64,000 bases of DNA from Promethearchaeota archaeon (GTDB taxonomy: Archaea; Asgardarchaeota; Hermodarchaeia; Hermodarchaeales; Hermodarchaeaceae). The notes beneath the pieces were generated by a model. It saw only the letters and a list, made by a program, of their open reading frames with translations. It ran no database searches and had not been told where the DNA came from. The stretch spans positions 1 through 64,000 of the forward strand of contig JBHLMG010000003.1 of NCBI GenBank assembly GCA_048938385.1, given 5' to 3'. Of the stretch, positions 18,306 to 25,173 are shown piece by piece. A program made the position numbers and the translations under genes. How positions within the stretch are numbered: the stretch's first letter is position 1; each line of letters starts with the position of its first letter.

Positions 18306-18623
18306 TCATCCGACTTCAGGCACCACATCCAAAAGGAACAGCTCATCATCCGTTACCTTGGGGTCGAGTTCACCAAAGGCAATTCCGGGGCTTAACCGTG
18401 TTGGCTCCGGGGCTTTACGAATCAAAACAAACTCAGGACGCTGGTTCCCAATTTTTGTTTCAGCCCATTTATCAATATTCACACCTTCATCACGGGCTTG
18501 GGTGACCAGGGTACGGATGACTTCTTCAACACGAGTATCTTCGTCAATGCCAATCCGAAATTCCTTTTGGCGGGGCTCAACATCCACGATGATTGAGCGC
18601 CAAAAACCTTCTTCATTACTCAT
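18306..18623 (-). CDS. Ubiquitin-like (beta-grasp) modifier ending in VG
   Basis: 105 aa with a strand-strand-helix pattern (IIVDV / FRIGI / TRVEEVIRTL), FVLIR, final strand LFLLDV then PEVG-stop; first gene of the E2 operon; RBS AGGTGA. Confidence 0.75.
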   Translation of the reverse strand: MSNEEGFWRSIIVDVEPRQKEFRIGIDEDTRVEEVIRTLVTQARDEGVNIDKWAETKIGNQRPEFVLIRKAPEPTRLSPGIAFGELDPKVTDDELFLLDVVPEVG

Positions 18624-18657
18624 GACAAGTCACCTACAAGGTGGGAAGTGCATCACC

Positions 18658-18780
18658 CACTTTAACTTTTCTCGAAGCGGAACCATTCTCTTCTCTCCGT
18701 TTAACGAGAAGTCCTTTAGGTCGGAATAAAAACTCGCATATTTGGCGCCTAATCCTTCCTGAATAGTGAAAGTTTAAGTG
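18658..18780. promoter_or_regulatory. Divergent BRE/TATA-like promoters for the Ubl-E2 operon and the SMC operon
   Basis: Minus-strand GAAAAGTTAAAGTG (18671-18658) and plus-strand GAAAGTTTAAGTG (18768-18780) are near-identical. Confidence 0.5.
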
Positions 18781-18847
18781 TCACGGGCTAGTGGGACCTA
18801 TTGAATCAAGTAGTAATCGAATCAAGCGCGGGAGATTAGTCAGCACT

Positions 18848-21748
18848 ATGACCACTAGGCAGGAGACACCTCTCTCACCTCAATCACTCGTTTTTCGTCG
18901 TATCCGCCTAGTGAACTTTGTCATTCACCGTGACACCACCATCCAACTAGACGCTTCCCCAGTTGTACTAATTACTGGAGCAAACGGAAGCGGTAAGACT
19001 CTGATCCTCGACGCTCTCCTCTTTGCCATCGGCGTCGATTCCCGTCGCGCCCAAAAACAACGAAACTCCGCCTTCATTGGCCGCTTCAACAAACACGCAG
19101 AAGTTCAGCTCGACCTAAACAACTTCGTTCTAAACGGACGACGCGTGTTTCATAGCCCTGATAAAGCAATAGCTAAACTGCTGAACCAAGATATTGTAAC
19201 AATTCGCTTACGTATCCACGCCAATAACCGAATAACTTACTGGGTAAACGAGAAGCGAACATTGAATGGGCGACTGATTACCCGCAAAGACATTCAAAAG
19301 CTCTTTCAGTCTGCTGGACTTTTTGGAGATTCACCCCTAGCTGTAACTGAGGCTGAAACACTTGATCATTTTGCCTCTCAATCACCTCGACGGAAGTTTG
19401 AAACTCTTTTAAACGAAACAGGTTTGCGGAACTGGATGGAGAAACTGGAGGAAGCACGACTCCTCGTGCTCCAAGCCAAAGCGAATGTCAAACCCCTTCA
19501 ATATCGGATCCGCCACGAAGAACAGCGACTTGAAGTACTTAAAACCGCCTATGAGGCATTCCAACAAAAACAGCAGCTTTTACACAGACTTACTGAACTC
19601 GATGTGGAAGCCGCTTGGGCTGAAGTCACCTATCGCGAACAACTAGCCCATGAACTCCAAACCCAAGTCAACGGACTCACTAGCCAACTTAACCGTGAGC
19701 AAATGCAACTAGCAAAGCAAGACGACCGACGAGCACAGCTTATCTCAAAATTCGAAGATATGGAACATCGAAAAGTTAAGCTCCAAACCACAATGGAATC
19801 CCTGCGAGATCAACAAATGCAAGCACAGGGTCATCGTGTAGGTCTCGAAAATGAAGTTGAGGTGGTGAAATCCCAACTTAAACGCTACACCCGAGCCAAA
19901 GAGCGGAAACCCCCACGGTCAAAGGAAGCAACCTTCCAAGGCGAACTTGATGGCTTTCTCTCCGACCGAGATCGGTTGGATGATCAATTAGCAGTTATCC
20001 GACAAGATATTACTGCAACTGAAGAACTACTCTTTGCTAAACCGCAAAGGTATCCACGCTTTGAAGAAACCATCCTGCGAGCTTGTCAACAATTCCGAAA
20101 AGAATTAGATAATCTTGCCCTCGATGAAGTCGTTATTGGTCCACTCTTCACGCTCATCCGAATGAGGCAAGGCTCTGAGCAGCATGAAACTGCCGTGAAA
20201 CTAGCTCTAGGACGGTATACCTACGCTTTTATCGCGCTCAATCGCGACGCGTTTGGCGAAGCCAAATCCCTCTTTGATCGGTTGTGGCCCCATGACAAAC
20301 CAGACCTTGTTGTTGCTCGTACCAATCCCACCACGACTATCGCCCGCGATCGCCCACCTGTAGCACCCCCAGTTTTTGGTTGGGTGGGAGATCTCATCGA
20401 AGGTGATGTCTATGCAGTTAGCTTTCTGAGCCGAGTTGTCAATACAGCCGTAGCTGAGGAGTCAGCAGATGCTAACGAATTGGTGGATGCTGCCCAGCAA
20501 TTGAAGGGAAACATCATCACTAGTGACGGTCGAAGTTATTACCTACGCATTGGAGCCTTTGCACGACCTCCCCGTCCAGTTACTGTTAGTCTATCCATTC
20601 CTCTCCGAGAGCTAGGACTTTTACAGGATGTGGCTGACACCAGAGGACAACTCCGAAATCTCCGTGAAGAAGAGGCTCGGTTAATGCAGGATCGAATGCG
20701 CATTAACGCCGAAATTAGTCAATTGCGTATACAACTGCAAGAGCTTCGCCAAAGCTCCGCTACCCTTTCAGAAGAGGAACAGACCTCTATTGTCACCGAT
20801 TTAGAAAACCGTGCTCAAAATTTACACCAACAGATACTTGAACTGGACACCCAATGTGACACCCTTGGTCAGGACTACCAAGATTGCAATACTGAGCTCT
20901 CGCCGATAAACTCACAGCTTCAAAAACTCGACAGTCAACTCTATAACCTTGACCAACAAAGATTGCGACGAACAGGAGAAATTGAACGCCTCAACGAAGA
21001 AATCCGACGACGCGAGGATGAATACGAACATCTCACGATCCAAGTGAAAGAATTTCGTAACACTGCAAAAACCCTAGGACCTCAACCTTCAATGGTTCGA
21101 TCACCCCCTGCTATACGCGACGAGCAAATACAATTACAAGCCATGATTGAAACAATTTCGGCTACGGCGACAGACCATCAAGCCTTCCAAGAACAAGAAC
21201 AAGTGGTCCAACAACTCTATCAATATCTTAAGGACCGTCAGCTCCACTTGGAGAATCTAATGACCGATGTCGACCGACGGTTAACCCGGTGGCGAGAGGA
21301 ACTCGAAACCACAATTACGACCCTAAACCACCGGATGAACCAACTCCTAAGCCATTTCCTCAAACAGGTTAAATTGATTGTGCGGTACCCTGACGAACCT
21401 AGTCGTGCTGAACTCCACCTCCAACTCGCCATCAATCGAAAGGGCCAATGGCGAACTTATCAAGAAATGTCTGGTGGAGAAAGGGTTCTTGCTACTCAAA
21501 CATTCATTCTTGCTCTCCATACGCTAGCGAAGAGTCCCTTGCATGTGATAGATGAATTCACTCAGCGCCTCGATGAAGCCAGTCGTGCAGCGGTGTTGAG
21601 CATTGTACAACGAACACTTGGCTTGACTAAGACGGATGCTCACATCTATCCTCAGTTTCTGTTGATGGCTCCTTCCACAGTAGGTCTTCAAATCCCTGAA
21701 GCTATGCACCATGTCATCCTTCTCAAAGGGCAGGTGAAAACATCATGA
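18848..21748 (+). CDS. SMC5/6-like ATPase
   Basis: IRLVNFVIH, Walker A GANGSGKT, two long coiled coils flanking hinge VIGPLFTLI..ALG..AFI, signature MSGGE, Walker B VIDEFTQRLD, QFLLMAP (Pro at the H-switch as in SMC5/6). Confidence 0.9.
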   Translation: MTTRQETPLSPQSLVFRRIRLVNFVIHRDTTIQLDASPVVLITGANGSGKTLILDALLFAIGVDSRRAQKQRNSAFIGRFNKHAEVQLDLNNFVLNGRRVFHSPDKAIAKLLNQDIVTIRLRIHANNRITYWVNEKRTLNGRLITRKDIQKLFQSAGLFGDSPLAVTEAETLDHFASQSPRRKFETLLNETGLRNWMEKLEEARLLVLQAKANVKPLQYRIRHEEQRLEVLKTAYEAFQQKQQLLHRLTELDVEAAWAEVTYREQLAHELQTQVNGLTSQLNREQMQLAKQDDRRAQLISKFEDMEHRKVKLQTTMESLRDQQMQAQGHRVGLENEVEVVKSQLKRYTRAKERKPPRSKEATFQGELDGFLSDRDRLDDQLAVIRQDITATEELLFAKPQRYPRFEETILRACQQFRKELDNLALDEVVIGPLFTLIRMRQGSEQHETAVKLALGRYTYAFIALNRDAFGEAKSLFDRLWPHDKPDLVVARTNPTTTIARDRPPVAPPVFGWVGDLIEGDVYAVSFLSRVVNTAVAEESADANELVDAAQQLKGNIITSDGRSYYLRIGAFARPPRPVTVSLSIPLRELGLLQDVADTRGQLRNLREEEARLMQDRMRINAEISQLRIQLQELRQSSATLSEEEQTSIVTDLENRAQNLHQQILELDTQCDTLGQDYQDCNTELSPINSQLQKLDSQLYNLDQQRLRRTGEIERLNEEIRRREDEYEHLTIQVKEFRNTAKTLGPQPSMVRSPPAIRDEQIQLQAMIETISATATDHQAFQEQEQVVQQLYQYLKDRQLHLENLMTDVDRRLTRWREELETTITTLNHRMNQLLSHFLKQVKLIVRYPDEPSRAELHLQLAINRKGQWRTYQEMSGGERVLATQTFILALHTLAKSPLHVIDEFTQRLDEASRAAVLSIVQRTLGLTKTDAHIYPQFLLMAPSTVGLQIPEAMHHVILLKGQVKTS

Positions 21749-22542
21749 ACACGAATGATACTTCTACTCACCTGCGCAGTTTACCACGAAGGAAACCTTG
21801 GCGAAAATCATTCCATCAAAATTACAAGAGGTACCGGTTAACCTTCTACGGTACCAAGAACCTCATCATCACTCTTTGGAACCTGACGAAGAAATATGAG
21901 GGTGCCCTCAAACACCAAGAAGTAGTTCCCATCAAAGAAGCTGAAATAGACCGGGAAGAAGTAACTGAATCCTATAAAATCGTAGAGACACCCTGGGAAC
22001 GTGATCTCGATGGACGGTTCTATCATCACCTCGCCACTATGCAACACCGAAGGGATTCAAATCTTGCCATACCAGAAATTTCTCCTCATGAATGGATATA
22101 CTACTTTGCTAATGAAGTCAAACGACGCGCGACCCCCCTTTTGTATTTGGTCAGCCCTGAAAAAGCAGTACCACCCTTTGGACTTCCGCCCGAAGATGCT
22201 CCCGTCGCATTAGCTAACCCTCCCACACCGACTGACCAACAAGCCATGCAGAAACTCAAGATACCCTACGAAGAGTTATCCTATGATTCATTAGAACTCT
22301 ACCGTAACGCGCTGATTCAACGGTTGCAAGGCAAACGCATCAACTATTTTGATTTAGCCAATCATCTAACGAATTGGGAATTAGATCTGTTAAGTCAAAT
22401 GATAAGAGATAACACCATCAATGCAACCTTCGGAAAATCAGCGATTCAGTTTCACAAATCTTCACGGAATATAACTAGAAATCCAGAATTCGTCGCTGTC
22501 GCAATAGCTGCCCGAAACTATGAGGAGGTCTCGACTCAGTGA
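21745..22542 (+). CDS. Putative kleisin (Nse4/ScpA-like)
   Basis: ATGA-coupled to SMC; helical N-region, Pro-rich linker, C-terminal RINYFDL..LLSQMIRDNTI resembling the kleisin C-terminal winged helix. Confidence 0.55.
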   Translation: MNTNDTSTHLRSLPRRKPWRKSFHQNYKRYRLTFYGTKNLIITLWNLTKKYEGALKHQEVVPIKEAEIDREEVTESYKIVETPWERDLDGRFYHHLATMQHRRDSNLAIPEISPHEWIYYFANEVKRRATPLLYLVSPEKAVPPFGLPPEDAPVALANPPTPTDQQAMQKLKIPYEELSYDSLELYRNALIQRLQGKRINYFDLANHLTNWELDLLSQMIRDNTINATFGKSAIQFHKSSRNITRNPEFVAVAIAARNYEEVSTQ

Positions 22543-23183
22543 CAACAGACCCTGTCAAGCCCACCAACTCAGTAACCCCTCCTGAGACCCCAGATGAAGA
22601 AGAGGAACCAGAAGAACGCCATCTTCTCGGCCAACTGTTCGCTGCCCTTACTGCGCGGTACCGCAACGATGATGGGCAATTGAATATTGGTATTAAGCGC
22701 CAGGATTTACTTGAAGCACTTCACATTAACAAAACTGGGCTTGATCGCCTATTGGATCTCCTTCGACAGCAAATTATCCCTCTTGGGCTAGAACTGGTGG
22801 AATACCGGCTTGGTCGAGACACGCTTTATTGTATTCGTACAATATATGGGGTTCCTGGCGAACTCTCAGATCCTGAATACGCCGTTTTGGGTGTTATTAT
22901 TGCCAAAATTGAACAAGCGGGTCAAGGACGAAGGATACGCCGTATAGCCACTAAGGCACTTGAAACGGTACTCGTTTCCCGAGGTCGGCTTTCACGCTAT
23001 CAACTCGATCGAATTTTACGCCGGCTTCTGGAACTCGGATATATCTCTCGAAGTGCACGACGCATCGAATATGGTCCACGACTTGAACTGGAATTTGATC
23101 CTGAACGTAGAGAAGCAATTGCTAACGCCGCCACTATATACCTTGCGGGGGCAACATCAGCTACCGAGGATGATACGCGATGA
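22539..23183 (+). CDS. KITE-family tandem winged-helix protein (Nse1/Nse3-MAGE/ScpB-like)
   Basis: IKRQDLL..LRQQIIPLGLELVE (WH-A); LDRILRRLLELGYI..YGPRLELEF (WH-B; compare MAGE WGPRA..E). Confidence 0.72.
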   Translation: MTTDPVKPTNSVTPPETPDEEEEPEERHLLGQLFAALTARYRNDDGQLNIGIKRQDLLEALHINKTGLDRLLDLLRQQIIPLGLELVEYRLGRDTLYCIRTIYGVPGELSDPEYAVLGVIIAKIEQAGQGRRIRRIATKALETVLVSRGRLSRYQLDRILRRLLELGYISRSARRIEYGPRLELEFDPERREAIANAATIYLAGATSATEDDTR

Positions 23184-23638
23184 AGCTTGATCTGTCCACC
23201 GTAGGGATATCCTGCGTCGCTTGTGGAAAGCGCACCACGCTTGAACAGGCCATTCAGAGCGGGTGGCATCAATGTCTTCGCTGCCAGTTCTTCATTGATC
23301 CACAATGCCTCCACATAGTTCAAGATACCATGGGGGGCATTTGTCCCTCCTTCAGCCAAGGTGTGACCCGCCATGGCTTACAACGTGCAGACATTCCCTC
23401 TGAACAGATTCTCATCTTCGTTAAAGACCAATACCAAAAAGGACGAATTGGTGCCCTGATTGATTCATTGTTCTATACCAAACCCACTCCTCTGTTACCT
23501 CCACAACATGACGAGCCAAGTGCAACGATAACTGAAGAACCTCTAACGCGGGAAGAAATCTGGCGAAGGTATGGCCTCGTTTTAGTCCGGCGGACGCAAG
23601 GTAAGTGGGTGGCTTGGGAAAAGGTTGGCGTAACCTAA
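23180..23638 (+). CDS. RING-like zinc-finger protein (Nse1-RING-like spacing), paralog of 16894-17280
   Basis: CVAC-x16-CLRC-x4-DPQC-x11-CP-x8-H; ATGA-coupled to the KITE gene. Confidence 0.7.
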   Translation: MKLDLSTVGISCVACGKRTTLEQAIQSGWHQCLRCQFFIDPQCLHIVQDTMGGICPSFSQGVTRHGLQRADIPSEQILIFVKDQYQKGRIGALIDSLFYTKPTPLLPPQHDEPSATITEEPLTREEIWRRYGLVLVRRTQGKWVAWEKVGVT

Positions 23639-23708
23639 AATTAGGTAGCCATAAACTATTTACTATTCACATGCAAATACTACTCGCTGGCTACCTATCT
23701 AATTACAG

Positions 23709-24065
23709 TTGGAGACGAATGGTTTGACAGAGCACAAGCCTTACAGTTGGGTAAAGCACGCAGTTCGAAAATGGAAACAATTCTACTATGAGATTTTACG
23801 GGCTGATGGGCAAATCGACTTATCCAATCCTCTTAGCATGATTTTCAGTCCTGAGTTCCTGCTTACTAAGATTAGTGATGTTTCACCCCCCTCAGAAACA
23901 GCGCCCACAAAACAAGAACACACACCTCCCTCTGACTCAACACCAGCAAGCGATTCTGTTAGTAAGGATCTGAAAAAACGAAGAAAGGGCCGTTTCCCTT
24001 TAAAAATCAAAGAAATTCAAGCACTGTCCATTCAATCCAAATCTTTCTTCTCAAAGTGCTTCTGA
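23709..24065 (+). CDS. Hypothetical protein
   Basis: ORF fills the gap; helical N-half and P/S/T-rich C-half; no family recognised. Confidence 0.5.
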   Translation: METNGLTEHKPYSWVKHAVRKWKQFYYEILRADGQIDLSNPLSMIFSPEFLLTKISDVSPPSETAPTKQEHTPPSDSTPASDSVSKDLKKRRKGRFPLKIKEIQALSIQSKSFFSKCF

Positions 24066-24066
24066 G

Positions 24067-25035
24067 TCATTCAAGGTCGAGTTCTTGGACAATTTTTTCT
24101 ACAAGGATTGCTGCACTTTTCTTTGTTCCCGCTGATTCTGTTATTACTTCCTCTTCTGTGTCTTCAGGCAAAGGTGGTAATCCTGCTAATGTACGCACTA
24201 TCCCCGAAATAGCGTGGCGTGCTACAATGACTTCTGAACCTCCTGATAGTAGAACGATTAACCGCCCTTCGCAAACCTCCTCTGCAGTAGTCAGTAAGAT
24301 CTCTGTCATTGCTGGAAACGCATTCAGAGATAATTGAAACCCTCCGTAGTCGAGGGCATGAGCATCATGACCCATATTCCATAAAATCACTTGGGCTTGA
24401 TTCTTCTTCGCAAGGGGGGGAACTAATCGCTTAAGGGCGTCAACAAAAGAAGCGTCGCTACAGTTACCAGGAAAAGGCACATCCACATGTCGAGCTGAAA
24501 TGACATCGATTTCCTCATAATAACTTGCCTCGAAGTTCAGATGGTACACTCCCTCATCGTCACCGAGAATATCACGGGTTCCATCTCCCGGATGAGGATC
24601 CGTATCCACGATGAAGAAACGCTCTACCTTGAATTTTTGCTGTAAATTCCGAACTAACAGGGCTGAATTATTGTAATAACAAAAGCCCCAGAAAGAATCC
24701 CGGCTGGCGTGGTGTCCCGCACATCCAGTGAATACAAAGGCGTTTCGAGCTTCACCTTTCCAAACAGCTTCACCCGCTCGAACCGCCGCTCCGGCTGATA
24801 CCACTGATGCAAGGTGATATCCTGATTTTTTTACCAATTGAATATGCTGTGGGGTGTGAACTTGCGACAACAGCGTATCAGCTACCGTGGGCGCCTCTTC
24901 TACCATTACTCCTGGTGAATCTAAGGTCCCAGTCGCTTGTAAATACTCGAAGGCAGGTTTTACACGACCTGCAAGGACGGGATATCCTTCAGCAGACATT
25001 AGTCGATGATACAGCACAAGTGTTCTACCTTGCAT
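24067..25035 (-). CDS. Histone deacetylase-family amidohydrolase
   Basis: GHHA, GFCYYNN, DTDPHPGDGT, GHDAH..D, LSGGS. Start set at MQGRTL. Confidence 0.88.
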   Translation of the reverse strand: MQGRTLVLYHRLMSAEGYPVLAGRVKPAFEYLQATGTLDSPGVMVEEAPTVADTLLSQVHTPQHIQLVKKSGYHLASVVSAGAAVRAGEAVWKGEARNAFVFTGCAGHHASRDSFWGFCYYNNSALLVRNLQQKFKVERFFIVDTDPHPGDGTRDILGDDEGVYHLNFEASYYEEIDVISARHVDVPFPGNCSDASFVDALKRLVPPLAKKNQAQVILWNMGHDAHALDYGGFQLSLNAFPAMTEILLTTAEEVCEGRLIVLLSGGSEVIVARHAISGIVRTLAGLPPLPEDTEEEVITESAGTKKSAAILVEKIVQELDLE

Positions 25036-25173
25036 CCAATCACAACAAGACTCTACTATTACGGGCTTAGGATTAATACAATTGCATTTGTTTGTTTCCA
25101 ATTTTTCTCGCTGAATTGGATGTTTCCTCCCTCTCTATGACTGCCCTTAACCTATTAATGGACGAAGTAAGCG

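Noticed and set aside
15155-18623. ThiF/MoeB-ThiS/MoaD sulfur relay
   Set aside because: E2, RING-like and JAB genes are present, the Ubl lacks GG, and no thiamine/molybdopterin genes are nearby
18848-23638. Wadjet (JetABCD), Lamassu or Rad50-Mre11 assignment
   Set aside because: No Toprim/nuclease effector, no Mre11 and no CxxC zinc hook recognised; head and hinge motifs fit SMC5/6 better
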